From: an uncultured Pelagibacteraceae bacterium | GTDB taxonomy: Bacteria > Pseudomonadota > Alphaproteobacteria > Pelagibacterales > Pelagibacteraceae | DNA length: 64,000 nucleotides | Assembly (NCBI GenBank): GCA_902536085.1 | Contig: CACAWF010000004.1 | Coordinates: 1,298-65,297 of the forward strand | Direction: 5' to 3' | Shown: one piece after another, positions 18,613 through 29,344 of the stretch | Numbering within the stretch: the stretch's first letter is position 1 | How the letters are laid out: every line of letters begins with the position of its first letter | The notes under the pieces: generated by a model | Told to the model about the DNA's origin: nothing | Seen by the model: only the letters and a program-made list of their open reading frames with translations | The model's database searches: none | Position numbers and translations under genes: made by a program

Positions 18613-21284
18613 TAATTGAGCATGTTACGTAAAACATACTGAAGAATTCCTCCATTTTTATAATATTCTATTTCATTTTCAGTATCTATTCTACTCAAAG
18701 CTTGTATCTTTTTAATTGTACCATCTTTATATTTTATTTCACAAGCTACCTCTGCTCTTGGTTTAATTCCTTTTTCAATATCAATTATGGTAATGAGTTC
18801 AGCTCCTGTTATTTTTAATTTTTTTCTATCGAAACCCTCTTTAAATTGTAATGGCAAAACACCCATACCTACTAAATTTGATCTATGAATTCTTTCAAAA
18901 CTTTCAGCTAGCACAGCTTTAATGCCTAATAGCTTTGTTCCTTTAGCTGCCCAGTCTCTCGAAGAACCTGTTCCATATTCTTTACCAGCAATGACAACTA
19001 AATCATTGTTTCTTTTTTTATATTCCATTGCAGCTTCATAAACACTCATAACCTTGCCATCAGGCTGTAAAGTAGTAAATCCACCCTCTGTTCCAGGAGC
19101 CATTTCATTTCTAATTTTGATATTTCCAAAAGTTCCTCTCATCATTACTTCGTGATTTCCTCTTCTCGCTCCATAAGAATTGAAGTCTTTTTGTTGGATT
19201 TGATGCTCCATAAAATAATCGCCAGTTGGACTATCTTTCTTGATGCTTCCTGCTGGTGAAATATGATCTGTAGTCACTGTGTCTCCTAATAGCAGAAGTA
19301 TTCTTGCATCATTAATTGCCTTGAAGCCTTCAGGTTTATCAGGAAGATTATCAAAAAAAGGTGGTCTTTTTACATATGTTGAGTTTTGTTCCCAGTTATA
19401 AATATCACTATCAACTGTATTAATCTCTCTCCATTCTTTTGGTCCTTCTGAAACATTAGAATATCTTTTTTTAAACATATCAGCATTTAAGGAGGTAAGC
19501 ATAATCTCTTCAATTTCTTTATTGCTCGGCCAAATATCTTTTAAGAAAACATCTTTGCCAGCTTTATCTTTTCCTAGAGAAGATTTGTATAAATCAAAAT
19601 TCATATTCCCAGCTAAAGCATAAGCAACAACTAAAGGGGGTGATGCTAGATAATTTGCTTTTACATCAGGATTTATTCTGCCTTCAAAGTTTCTGTTTCC
19701 AGATAAAACTGAAACCGCATATAAATCTTTTTCGTTAATTGCATCTGATATATTTTTATTTAGTGGCCCTGAATTTCCAATACATGTAGTGCAGCCATAT
19801 CCTACAAGATTAAAACCTAATTCATCTAAATATTTATTTAAGTTAGCTTTTTCTAGGTAGTCTGTAACAACTTGAGACCCTGGCGCTAAAGAAGTTTTGA
19901 CCCACGGTTTTACTTTCAATCCTTTCTCATAAGCTTTTTTAGCAAGAAGTCCAGCTCCAATTAAAACGCTTGGATTTGATGTATTAGTACATGAAGTAAT
20001 TGCTGCGATAACAATATCTCCATCTTTTAATTTAAAATCTGCTCCTGCAACATCAGACTCTACAACTTTAGATCTTTTAGCGTTTTCTTTATAAACTTTA
20101 GCGAACGAACTTGCTGCCTCAGTTAGTAAAACTTTATCTTGAGGTCTTTTAGGTCCAGAGATACTTGTTACAACTGTGCTTACATCTAGAGATACTGTAT
20201 CAGTAAACTCCACATCATTACTTGCCCATAGCCCTTGTTCTTTAGAATATTTTTCTACTAAAGCAATTGTTGCACTATCCCGTCCAGATAATTTTAAATA
20301 TTTAAGTGACTCATCATCAACAGGGAAGAAGCCACATGTCGCTCCATATTCCGGAGCCATGTTAGCAATAGTTGCTCTATCAGCTAAAGTTAAATTTTTT
20401 AGTCCCTCTCCATAAAATTCTACAAATTTTCCCACAACACCTTTTTTTCTTAACATTTCCACTATAGTTAAGACTAAATCAGTTGCAGTTGTACCCTCTT
20501 TAAGTTTACCTTTTATTTCAACGCCAACCACTTCAGGAATTAACATTGAAATTGGCTGTCCTAACATAGCTGCTTCAGCTTCTATACCACCAACTCCCCA
20601 ACCTAATACGGATAACCCGTTAACCATTGTAGTGTGGCTGTCCGTTCCAACTAAAGTATCTGGATAAGCATATAAATCATTCCCGCTTTTAGATGACCAA
20701 ACAACTTTAGATAAATATTCCAAGTTTACTTGATGGCAAATACCTGTTCCTGGTGGCACTACTCTGAAATTATCAAAAGCTTGTTGTCCCCATTTTAAGA
20801 AAGAATAACGCTCTCCGTTTCTAGAAAATTCTCTTTCAACATTTTTATCAAACGATTTTCCTGAAGCATATTCGTCAACCATTACTGAATGATCGATTAC
20901 TAGGTCTACAGTTGATAAGGGGTTTATTTTTTCTGGATCTTTATTTTTATCTTTTACAGCATCTCTCATAGCAGCTAAATCCGCTACCGCTGGGATTCCT
21001 GTGTAGTCCTGCATTAAAACTCTAGCTGGTCTGTAAGCTATTTCAGTATTAGATTTTTTATTTTTCAACCATTCTTTGATTGCTAAAATCTGTTTTTTAT
21101 CTACGGTTATATCATCTTCATATCTAAGTAAATTTTCTAATAAAACTTTGAGAGATTTTGGTAGTTTTGAAATTCCGTCTAAACCATTCTTTTCGGCTAT
21201 TTTTAAATTGAAAATTTTATATTCTTTACCTGATGATGAAATATTATCTAATGATTTAAAGGAATTTTTACTATTAAATTTCAT
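18612..21284 (-). CDS. acnA: Aconitate hydratase A
   Basis: [52 protein letters not shown]. Confidence 0.97.
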   Translation of the reverse strand: MKFNSKNSFKSLDNISSSGKEYKIFNLKIAEKNGLDGISKLPKSLKVLLENLLRYEDDITVDKKQILAIKEWLKNKKSNTEIAYRPARVLMQDYTGIPAVADLAAMRDAVKDKNKDPEKINPLSTVDLVIDHSVMVDEYASGKSFDKNVEREFSRNGERYSFLKWGQQAFDNFRVVPPGTGICHQVNLEYLSKVVWSSKSGNDLYAYPDTLVGTDSHTTMVNGLSVLGWGVGGIEAEAAMLGQPISMLIPEVVGVEIKGKLKEGTTATDLVLTIVEMLRKKGVVGKFVEFYGEGLKNLTLADRATIANMAPEYGATCGFFPVDDESLKYLKLSGRDSATIALVEKYSKEQGLWASNDVEFTDTVSLDVSTVVTSISGPKRPQDKVLLTEAASSFAKVYKENAKRSKVVESDVAGADFKLKDGDIVIAAITSCTNTSNPSVLIGAGLLAKKAYEKGLKVKPWVKTSLAPGSQVVTDYLEKANLNKYLDELGFNLVGYGCTTCIGNSGPLNKNISDAINEKDLYAVSVLSGNRNFEGRINPDVKANYLASPPLVVAYALAGNMNFDLYKSSLGKDKAGKDVFLKDIWPSNKEIEEIMLTSLNADMFKKRYSNVSEGPKEWREINTVDSDIYNWEQNSTYVKRPPFFDNLPDKPEGFKAINDARILLLLGDTVTTDHISPAGSIKKDSPTGDYFMEHQIQQKDFNSYGARRGNHEVMMRGTFGNIKIRNEMAPGTEGGFTTLQPDGKVMSVYEAAMEYKKRNNDLVVIAGKEYGTGSSRDWAAKGTKLLGIKAVLAESFERIHRSNLVGMGVLPLQFKEGFDRKKLKITGAELITIIDIEKGIKPRAEVACEIKYKDGTIKKIQALSRIDTENEIEYYKNGGILQYVLRNMLN

Positions 21285-21287
21285 GCG

Positions 21288-21875
21288 CTATACATAGAAC
21301 AAAATCACACAAACGATAAGCAAAAAAGACATTGTATAATTAAAATTCTTAATAAATTTATCACTTGTGGCGAATTTTCTCATGTATTTACCCATTAAAC
21401 ACCATGCTGCTTGGCTTCCAACAGCCATCAAAAACCATACAAATGTTAAAACAATCGAGTCTCTTAAATAGTTATTTTGTGTGTCAATAAATAAAGAAAT
21501 TGAAGTTAATCCAACAATAATACTTTTGGGATTTACGAATTGGAACCAAAAAGTATTTAAAAAAGTTACTGGCTTTGGATCAATTTTTTTATCTTTTGTT
21601 TGTCCTGCAAAAGATAATTTGTATGCCATATATAATAAGTAGATTGATCCTAATATTTTTATTGTAGTTTGAATAAATGCATACTTTTGAAAAATAGCTC
21701 CAGAAGTTAGTTGTAAAATAATAATTAAAAGCGTCCATCCGATAATTACTCCAAGCATGGTGGGAATGGCTTTTCTAAACCCAAAATTAAAAGCTGTATA
21801 AGATGTCATAATATTATTTGGACCAGGAGAAAACGCGGTTGCAATACCGAACAAAATTAGTGGAAAAAGTTGCAT
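21288..21875 (-). CDS. LysE/RhtB-family amino acid exporter
   Basis: SPGPNN, YLLYMAYK, FQFVNPK. Confidence 0.88.
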   Translation of the reverse strand: MQLFPLILFGIATAFSPGPNNIMTSYTAFNFGFRKAIPTMLGVIIGWTLLIIILQLTSGAIFQKYAFIQTTIKILGSIYLLYMAYKLSFAGQTKDKKIDPKPVTFLNTFWFQFVNPKSIIVGLTSISLFIDTQNNYLRDSIVLTFVWFLMAVGSQAAWCLMGKYMRKFATSDKFIKNFNYTMSFLLIVCVILFYV

Positions 21876-21881
21876 TCTAAT

Positions 21882-22322
21882 TTAATGAGGTGCTCTAAAT
21901 CTACTATGACAGGCTGAACAATTGCTCCACATCAGCTCTTTCTGCGCTGCTCTAAGATCTTCTGCAGTTTCAATAGCTTTTGCAAGTTTTATCATATCAT
22001 CTGATGCTTTTTTCATTAGAGCATTAAATTCATCTTTATTTTCCCAAATAGTCGGTAAAGCTTCAGTTTTAAAACCCTCTTTTGTATTTTCAGGAAAATA
22101 ATCTAATAGCTTTTTATAATTATCAGAAATTTTTTTCATTAAGGGTTTTGCCTCTTCGATTTTTTTTGATTTTAATAATATAGATATTTTTTTAGCGTTT
22201 TGATAGTTTTCGCTAAACATTGCTTTTCTTCCTTTTATAATTTCTTCCACAGATTGTGCAGCAAATAATTGCTGAGAAATTAAGATAAATGTTGCGACAA
22301 CTATCGTTTTGATTTTATACAT
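21882..22322 (-). CDS. Class II cytochrome c (c'/c556)
   Basis: Signal peptide, TEALP.IWEN..EF, C-terminal CSACH heme motif. Confidence 0.88.
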   Translation of the reverse strand: MYKIKTIVVATFILISQQLFAAQSVEEIIKGRKAMFSENYQNAKKISILLKSKKIEEAKPLMKKISDNYKKLLDYFPENTKEGFKTEALPTIWENKDEFNALMKKASDDMIKLAKAIETAEDLRAAQKELMWSNCSACHSRFRAPH

Positions 22323-22341
22323 ATATAACTAATATTTAAAT

Positions 22342-22872
22342 ATGCAATTATTTAACAGTTTTAACAAATATGGTCTACTAGCTAAATTGTTTCATTGGAT
22401 CACTTTTATTGCTTTAATAGTACAGGTTCCTTTTGGATTTTATTTAGTTGGCTTGGAGTTCTCTGATCAAAGAATTGAGCTTGAAAATTTTCATATTTTA
22501 ATTGGTATATCAATTTTTTATATCGTTTTAGCAAGACTCATTTGGAAATTTTTAAATCCTAGTCCAAAAGGATGGAGAACTTTTTTCAAAGGCCAAGTTT
22601 TAATAGCAAAAATAAACCATTTTTTATTATACGTTGCTATTTTTGCTATTACCATTTCAGGTATTTTAAAAAAACTTTACATGGGTGAGATACTTAACTT
22701 TATATTTTTTAAATATGGATTTGAAAAAGACAATTTTGTTTTAGCTGATGCTTATTACCAAGTGCATATTTATGCAAACTACTTATTATTAGCGCTAGTA
22801 ACCTTACATATCTTTGCTGTAATTGTTCATCATTTTATTTTTAAAGAAAAAATATTAAAAAAGATTACTTAG
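22342..22872 (+). CDS. Cytochrome b561
   Basis: Four TM helices with conserved His (LFHW, FHILIG, VH, LHI). Confidence 0.85.
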   Translation: MQLFNSFNKYGLLAKLFHWITFIALIVQVPFGFYLVGLEFSDQRIELENFHILIGISIFYIVLARLIWKFLNPSPKGWRTFFKGQVLIAKINHFLLYVAIFAITISGILKKLYMGEILNFIFFKYGFEKDNFVLADAYYQVHIYANYLLLALVTLHIFAVIVHHFIFKEKILKKIT

Positions 22873-23306
22873 TGGCAAGCTTCGTTAAATTTCTTTAGTC
22901 TCCAATAATTGTACGGCCAAGGTGTAACAAAACCAACGGCCAACATTATTGGTACGACCCACCAAGTTAAAATAGCTCCCCCTGTAAGAAAATAATCAGT
23001 AGCATTCATTGCAATTTCCATGCTCACCATTGAAATTAAGCTCATACCCACAGCTGTTTTAAAAGCTAACTTTAAAGAGAAATTTTGTCTTAATAAGATG
23101 ATGGTTTCTAAAATTATACTTGTAATAATCCCGTTGATTATCGCTAGAACCATAATTGCTAAAACAGGAAAGGGAATTTTAGTTATTTGAAAAAATAAAA
23201 TAGTTCCAAAATCACCAATAGAACATCCAAGTAAACACCAAAATGTATTTATTGCACTTCTAGACCAAGTGTTTTTACAGCTCCAATTAAATGTTTCAGA
23301 ACTCAT
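22869..23306 (-). CDS. DUF4396 membrane protein
   Basis: NT.WCL.GC.IG, S.ISM.SME..MN, P.PYNYW. Confidence 0.8.
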   Translation of the reverse strand: MSSETFNWSCKNTWSRSAINTFWCLLGCSIGDFGTILFFQITKIPFPVLAIMVLAIINGIITSIILETIILLRQNFSLKLAFKTAVGMSLISMVSMEIAMNATDYFLTGGAILTWWVVPIMLAVGFVTPWPYNYWRLKKFNEACH

Positions 23307-23641
23307 TATGCAATATCTAAACCATTATCAGTTTTCTGAGATGGGTGCACTAGGACAACTTTTCCATCTTTTTCAATAGCTCCAAGCACTAAAACTTCTG
23401 ATACAATGCCAGCTATATTTTTTGTTGGGAAATTACAAACTCCAATAACTTGTTTACCAACTAAATTTTCAGGATTGTAATAGTGAGTAATTTGAGCTGA
23501 AGATTGCTTAATGCCTATCTCTTTTCCAAAATCTACCTTAACTACTAATGAAGGTTTTCTTGCTTTTTCATTTACTTTTACATCTAAAACAGTACCAACT
23601 TTAATTTGTACCTTTTTAAAATCATCATAAGTTATTTCCAT
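23306..23641 (-). CDS. csaA: CsaA / tRNA-binding OB-fold export chaperone
   Basis: KARKP, DFG.EIG.K.SSAQIT, NFP.KNIAG..SEVL. Confidence 0.88.
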   Translation of the reverse strand: MEITYDDFKKVQIKVGTVLDVKVNEKARKPSLVVKVDFGKEIGIKQSSAQITHYYNPENLVGKQVIGVCNFPTKNIAGIVSEVLVLGAIEKDGKVVLVHPSQKTDNGLDIA

Positions 23642-23659
23642 AAATTCCTTTCTATAAAT

Positions 23660-23685
23660 AAAAAAGGGGGCCTAAGCCCCCTTTT
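23660..23685 (-). terminator. Intrinsic terminator after the Liv-type binding protein
   Basis: GGGGGC-CTAA-GCCCCC stem flanked by A and T runs. Confidence 0.85.
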
Positions 23686-23705
23686 AAATTAGCTAAGCAA
23701 TTGGT

Positions 23706-24809
23706 TTACAGTTCTTTGTATTTACCTTTGCTCCACTCATAAAATACATAACCTGGTAAGCTCACATCGCCTTTTTTGTCAAAGCTTAGTGAACCGATTA
23801 CAGTATCAAACTTACCTTTTCTCATTACTTTAAGAACTTTAGCAGGATCATTTGTTCCAGCTTGATTAGCAGCTTGTTCGAATACTTGTAACGCAGCGTA
23901 TGAATAAAGAACATAACCTTCTGGCTCAATACCAGCAGCTTTAAATTCTTTTACAACATCTGCAGCAGCAGGGTTATTTCTTGGATCTGGAGAAAAAGTC
24001 ATTAAAGTACCTTCACCTGCATTTCCTGTGATATCCCAATACTCAGCTGTAACTAATGCATCACCGCTGATTAATTTAGTTTTCATACCTTGGTCTCTCA
24101 TTTGTCTTACAATCAAACCACCTTCTGTGTGATAACCACCAAGATAAACTGCATCAATATTATTTGATTTTAGTTTTGAAACTAAAGCAGAATAGTCTTT
24201 TTCACCTGCTGTATAAGCCTCATACATAGCGTCTTTAAGGCCAGCTTTCTTCATATTTTTTCTAGTCGCGTCTGCTAAACCTTTTCCGTAAGCAGTTTTA
24301 TCATGAAGGATAGCTACTTTTTTACCTTTGTAATTTTCAGCTAAGAATTTACCAGCAACTTCACCTTGCTGGTCATCTCGACCACAAACTCTAAAAGTAT
24401 ATTTACCACCTTTATCCGTTAACGCTGGATTTGTTGAAGCTGGTGAAACTTGAATAATTCCCTCTTCATTGTAAACCGCAGAAGCTGGAATTGAAGAACC
24501 AGAGCAGAAGTGACCTGCAACATAAGCTACGCCTTGACCAGCAAATTTGTTGGCTACAGCAACAGCTTGTTTAGGATCGCAAGCATCATCTCCGATTTCT
24601 AATTTAACTTTCTCGCCATTAATTCCACCTTTTTTATTAACGTGCTTTAACCACATTTCAGCACCAGCTTTTAACTGAGCACCAAATGAAGCGTACTGAC
24701 CAGACATAGGTCCAGCAGAAGCAACAACAACGTCAGCTTTAGCTGAAACTGTTGCAAGCATTAATGTTCCGGCAATTAATGAAAGAAGTTTATTGAACGT
24801 TCTTAACAT
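23706..24809 (-). CDS. livK: Branched-chain amino acid ABC substrate-binding protein (LivJ/K)
   Basis: Signal peptide, DDACDPKQAVAVAN, GHFCSGSSIPAS, HDKTAYG. Confidence 0.92.
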   Translation of the reverse strand: MLRTFNKLLSLIAGTLMLATVSAKADVVVASAGPMSGQYASFGAQLKAGAEMWLKHVNKKGGINGEKVKLEIGDDACDPKQAVAVANKFAGQGVAYVAGHFCSGSSIPASAVYNEEGIIQVSPASTNPALTDKGGKYTFRVCGRDDQQGEVAGKFLAENYKGKKVAILHDKTAYGKGLADATRKNMKKAGLKDAMYEAYTAGEKDYSALVSKLKSNNIDAVYLGGYHTEGGLIVRQMRDQGMKTKLISGDALVTAEYWDITGNAGEGTLMTFSPDPRNNPAAADVVKEFKAAGIEPEGYVLYSYAALQVFEQAANQAGTNDPAKVLKVMRKGKFDTVIGSLSFDKKGDVSLPGYVFYEWSKGKYKEL

Positions 24810-24887
24810 ATTATTTCCCTTTGTTATTAATTAATTAATTATTGATATTGAACACCTTAATTACAATCTTGTAAATATGAAAAAAAG

Positions 24888-25607
24888 TTAATTTTTTGCC
24901 CCGCCTTCGAGATAAGCGGCTCGTATGTCTTTATTTTTAAGCAACTCTTGACCAGGACCCTTTATGGTCACCTTCCCGTTTACAAGAACATATGCTCTGT
25001 CTGCTAGCTCCAGAGCTTTTTTGGCATTTTGCTCAACTAAAAAAATAGTAACATTTTTTTCTTTATTAATATTTTTTATTGAAACAAAAATTTGGTTAAC
25101 TAATTTAGGAGCTATTCCAAGCGAGGGTTCATCCAATAAAAGTACTTTGGGTTTACTCATTAGTGCTCTTCCAATGGCTAACATTTGTTGTTCACCTCCA
25201 GATAGTGTCCCACCTCTTTGAGTTTTTCTATCGCTTAATACAGGAAATAAATCATAAACTTCCTTTATATCATTTTCAAAATACTTACCTTTTTCGTTGG
25301 CATGAGATCCTAATCTTAAATTTTCTTCTACTGTTAGTCTTGAAAAAATTCTTCTTCCTTCTGGTACTTGGCAAATACCCATATCAACAATTTTGTGAGG
25401 TGCTTGGTTTTCAATATTTTTGCCATTGAAAACTATATTTCCTCTTTTGGCTTTATTCACTCCACTAATCGTCATAAGTAAAGTTGATTTGCCCGCTCCA
25501 TTAGAGCCGATTAGAGAAACAATTTCACCGTCATTCACATCAAGATCAACACCTCTTAAGGCTTGGATCTTACCGTAAAATGTTTCAACATTAGAAATTT
25601 TAAGCAT
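24888..25607 (-). CDS. livF: HAAT ABC ATP-binding protein
   Basis: GSNGAGKS, VPEGRRIF, LSGGEQQMLA, LLDEPS. Confidence 0.95.
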   Translation of the reverse strand: MLKISNVETFYGKIQALRGVDLDVNDGEIVSLIGSNGAGKSTLLMTISGVNKAKRGNIVFNGKNIENQAPHKIVDMGICQVPEGRRIFSRLTVEENLRLGSHANEKGKYFENDIKEVYDLFPVLSDRKTQRGGTLSGGEQQMLAIGRALMSKPKVLLLDEPSLGIAPKLVNQIFVSIKNINKEKNVTIFLVEQNAKKALELADRAYVLVNGKVTIKGPGQELLKNKDIRAAYLEGGAKN

Positions 25608-26398
25608 TATTCATCTACTCCTAAGTAGGCTTCGATAACTTCTTTGCTTTTTTTGGTTTGATCAGCTGTTCCTTCAAATATCTTTTTACCATAATTCAAA
25701 ACTACAACATGATCAGAGATCCCCATTACTACACTCATATCATGTTCAATTAATAAAATTCCTGTTTGTTTTTCTGTTTTGATAAATTTTAATAATTTGT
25801 TTAATTCAGCTGACTCTTTTGGATTCAATCCAGCGGCTGGTTCGTCTAGACACAATAACCTCGGCTCAATGCACATAGCCCGAACTATTTCTAATTTTCT
25901 TTGATCTCCATATGGTAAATCACCAGCATTATCGTCTGCCCGGTGAGTTAAGCCGATTATATCTAGCCAATATTTTGCTTTATCGACAGCCAACTGTTCT
26001 TTGTCTCTGTAAGATTTTAGATTCAGTAAGCCAAACAAAGAATAGCCAGAGGCAACCATTAATTCATTATGTTGAGCCACTAATAAGTTCTCCAATACTG
26101 ACATTGCGGGGAATAACCTTATATTTTGAAAAGTTCTGGCTACCTTTGCAACATATGCAATTTTAAAATCAGTATACTTTCTTAAAGAAATTTTACTTTC
26201 CTCTTTATGTAAAAACATTTGACCATTGGTAGGTTTATAAAACCCTGTAAGACAATTAAAAACGGTTGTTTTACCTGCACCGTTAGGTCCAATAATGGAG
26301 GTTATTTTATTATTTTTAGCATCAAAACTTAAATCATCGATTGCAGTTAAACCACCGAACTTCATTGTTAAATTTTCTACAGATAATAGATTACTCAT
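25607..26398 (-). CDS. livG: HAAT ABC ATP-binding protein
   Basis: GPNGAGKTT, RTFQNIRLF, LPYG.QR.LE, LDEPAAG, IEHDM. Confidence 0.95.
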   Translation of the reverse strand: MSNLLSVENLTMKFGGLTAIDDLSFDAKNNKITSIIGPNGAGKTTVFNCLTGFYKPTNGQMFLHKEESKISLRKYTDFKIAYVAKVARTFQNIRLFPAMSVLENLLVAQHNELMVASGYSLFGLLNLKSYRDKEQLAVDKAKYWLDIIGLTHRADDNAGDLPYGDQRKLEIVRAMCIEPRLLCLDEPAAGLNPKESAELNKLLKFIKTEKQTGILLIEHDMSVVMGISDHVVVLNYGKKIFEGTADQTKKSKEVIEAYLGVDE

Positions 26399-27663
26399 TT
26401 TTTTTCTCCGTGCATAAGAATAGTTGGTTTTCTATTTGCTAAGATTCCTTTTGGCTTAAACACCATAATTAATACCATTGCTCCGCCAAAGGCTATCATT
26501 CTGTATTGTTCTAAATCTCTAAACATTTCTGTTATTCCAATTAAGAAAATTGATGCAAGAACGACTCCAGTTTGTGAACCCATCCCACCTAATACGACTA
26601 TAGCAACAATGATTGCAGACTCAATAAAAGTAAAACTTTCTGGACTAATAAAAGCCTGTCGTGTTGCAAAGAATGAGCCAGCGAAACCGCCAAACATAGC
26701 ACCGATTGCAAAAGCAGTTAATTTTGTATTTGTAGGATTAACTCCTAAGGATTTACAAGCAATTTCATCTTCTCTTAAAGCCTCCCAGGCTCTACCAACA
26801 GGAAGTTTTCTTATCTTCAGTGTAAAATAATTTGTAATTAAGGCTAAGACTAGAATTAAATAGTATAAAAATATTATTCGGTGCATTGTTGAATAATCAA
26901 GGTTAAAAAACAAATGAAAACTTGTTTCCCCTTCATCTGGAGATCTTTTAAAAGGTAATCCAAAAAATGATGGTCGTGGTATTCCAGTGATCCCGTCAGG
27001 TCCATTGGTTACTTCATACCAATTAATTAAAATAATTCTTATAATTTCTCCAAATCCTAAAGTAACAATTGCAAGATAATCTCCTCTTAATCTTAAAACA
27101 GGAAAGCCAAGTAAAATTCCAAAAAAAGCTGCAAATAATCCTGCTAAAGGTAAACAAATCCAAAAAGACCAACCAAAAGTAGTTGCGATTAATGCATATG
27201 AATATGCACCAACTGCATAGAAGGCTACATAACCTAAATCGAGAAGGCCTGCTAAACCAACTACGATATTTAAACCCCAGCCAAGCATGATGTAAGTTAA
27301 AATCATTATCGCTACATCCATAAAATATCTGTCGGTAAAAGGTAAAAATGGGAACACGACAGCAAATAAAATTGCCGTAATTGCAAAGTGTTTTGCTTTA
27401 TCTTCAGTTATCACTGAAAACTTAGATGTGAACTTTGAAAAAAAAGTAATTTCAGTTTTTCTAGCAGAATTTAAATTAATTAAAAATCGTCCTAAAATAC
27501 AAAGTCCAACTAATAAAAAAACTACTCCCCATTGAGGAGTGATAAATAAACCTTCTCCTTTAGATGCAGTTCTAAGACCAACTATAGGGCCGAATAGAGC
27601 TAAGGCAATTAAGCCTGTAAATAAACTATCTTTAAATGACTGAATGATATCTTTTATTTCCAT
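26395..27663 (-). CDS. livM: HAAT ABC permease
   Basis: GLNIVVGLAGLLDLG, LRLRGDYLAIVTLGFGE, GRAWEALREDE. Confidence 0.95.
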   Translation of the reverse strand: MEIKDIIQSFKDSLFTGLIALALFGPIVGLRTASKGEGLFITPQWGVVFLLVGLCILGRFLINLNSARKTEITFFSKFTSKFSVITEDKAKHFAITAILFAVVFPFLPFTDRYFMDVAIMILTYIMLGWGLNIVVGLAGLLDLGYVAFYAVGAYSYALIATTFGWSFWICLPLAGLFAAFFGILLGFPVLRLRGDYLAIVTLGFGEIIRIILINWYEVTNGPDGITGIPRPSFFGLPFKRSPDEGETSFHLFFNLDYSTMHRIIFLYYLILVLALITNYFTLKIRKLPVGRAWEALREDEIACKSLGVNPTNTKLTAFAIGAMFGGFAGSFFATRQAFISPESFTFIESAIIVAIVVLGGMGSQTGVVLASIFLIGITEMFRDLEQYRMIAFGGAMVLIMVFKPKGILANRKPTILMHGEKK

Positions 27664-28574
27664 TAAACTTTCTCGATATCAGGTTTTCCAAGAAATCCAG
27701 TTGGAAAGAAAATTAAAACTACAATTAATACACTAAAAGCTGCAACATCTTTATATTCAAGTGAAACATATCCAGCCCAGAAGGTTTCTATGAGCCCGAT
27801 TAACAAGCCACCTAACATTGCTCCAGGTAAAGAACCAATTCCGCCAAGCACTGCAGCCGTAAAAGCTTTAATGCCTGCTAAGAACCCAATGTAAAAATCG
27901 ATTACACCGTAATAAAGAACAAACATCATTCCAGCTACTGAAGCTAATGAAGAACCAATTATAAATGTAATTGAAATTGTTCTATCTACATTAATTCCTA
28001 ATAATGCAGTCATTGTTCTGTCTTGTTCACAAGCTCTCTGAGCTCTACCTAAATCTGTTTTTGTTATAAGATAAGTAAAAATACCCATTAAAATTATTGT
28101 TAAGATAACAATGAAAATTTGAAGATAACTTACTGTAACAATAAATTCAGAGTTCTTAAAAAATTCTAAACCACCGCTAATCAACGGCTGCATAGGTTTT
28201 ACTCTAGCTCCTTGAGCAACTTGGACATAGTTTTGTAGCACAATTGACATACCTAAAGCAGAAATAAGCGGAGCTAATCTAAAAGATCCTCTTAACGGTT
28301 TGTAAGCTAATTTTTCAACTGTCCATCCATAACAAGCTGTAAAAAGCATAGCTATCAATAAAACTAAAAGTAATATAATTGGTAACGCTACTCCAGTTAA
28401 ACCAAAAATTATAAATGAAATTAAAGCAACAAAAGCTCCGATCATAAAGATATCTCCATGGGCAAAGTTAATCATTCCAATAATTCCATAGACCATTGTG
28501 TAACCAATTGCGATAAGACCATAAATCGAACCTAAAGTAATCCCGTTAACTAATTGTTGTATAAAATATTCCAT
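27663..28574 (-). CDS. livH: HAAT ABC permease
   Basis: GSIYGLIAIGYTMVYG, INFAHG, KAFTAAVLGGIG. Confidence 0.95.
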   Translation of the reverse strand: MEYFIQQLVNGITLGSIYGLIAIGYTMVYGIIGMINFAHGDIFMIGAFVALISFIIFGLTGVALPIILLLVLLIAMLFTACYGWTVEKLAYKPLRGSFRLAPLISALGMSIVLQNYVQVAQGARVKPMQPLISGGLEFFKNSEFIVTVSYLQIFIVILTIILMGIFTYLITKTDLGRAQRACEQDRTMTALLGINVDRTISITFIIGSSLASVAGMMFVLYYGVIDFYIGFLAGIKAFTAAVLGGIGSLPGAMLGGLLIGLIETFWAGYVSLEYKDVAAFSVLIVVLIFFPTGFLGKPDIEKV

Positions 28575-28577
28575 GAT

Positions 28578-29342
28578 TTACTTACTCACTCTCTTATTTA
28601 CGTTATCAAGAGCTTTGGTGAATTTAGTAAAGAATTTTCCTTTTTTCAATTCATTAAGAACCTGCATATTAAGGCCTTTTGGGGTCTGTGAGTCCGCTAC
28701 GAGTTTTTTAAATCCTTGGGATGATTTATTTAAAGCATCCTGACTTAAGGCTAAAAATAATTCAGCCACATAAGTTTCAGCTAGTTTTTTGTTAATACCC
28801 TTTTTACTTAACCATTTAGAACTCGTATTTAATATCTCATAGTATGATGCCATTAAAGAAGCGGTAGCCCAAAACTTATAGCTTAGTTTTTCATTTCTAA
28901 TCTCTAGAACTTGCCCTAAATGTTTAAAAATATTCTTGGCAAATTTACTTGGCGGACAAACGATAACTGGTCCCTTTTTGATTTCAATTGGAGGCAAAGG
29001 TATAGCTCTTGTGATATTCTTATTCTTTGTAATTTTTTTAAGTTTGTCTAAATTGATTGTCGAAATAAGACTAATTATTTTTTTGTTTTTTGAAAATTTC
29101 AATTTAGGTAATATTTTATTACCAACATTAGGTGTAACGCCTAAGAATATTACTGAGGATTTATCTATTATTTCTTGATTATTATTACATATTTTTATTT
29201 TTCCATAACTTCTAGATAGTTTTTTAGCTATGTTTCTATTTCTTGAAGATATATAAATTCTCTTAGTTTTAAGCTTTGATTTAAAAATACCAAAAATGAT
29301 TGATGATGAAATTTTACCAGTTCCTATAAATCCTAAAATCAT
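28578..29342 (-). CDS. Pyrroline-5-carboxylate reductase-like NAD(P)-binding protein
   Basis: GFIGTGKI, RAIPLP, SQTPKGLN. Confidence 0.75.
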   Translation of the reverse strand: MILGFIGTGKISSSIIFGIFKSKLKTKRIYISSRNRNIAKKLSRSYGKIKICNNNQEIIDKSSVIFLGVTPNVGNKILPKLKFSKNKKIISLISTINLDKLKKITKNKNITRAIPLPPIEIKKGPVIVCPPSKFAKNIFKHLGQVLEIRNEKLSYKFWATASLMASYYEILNTSSKWLSKKGINKKLAETYVAELFLALSQDALNKSSQGFKKLVADSQTPKGLNMQVLNELKKGKFFTKFTKALDNVNKRVSK

Positions 29343-29344
29343 GA

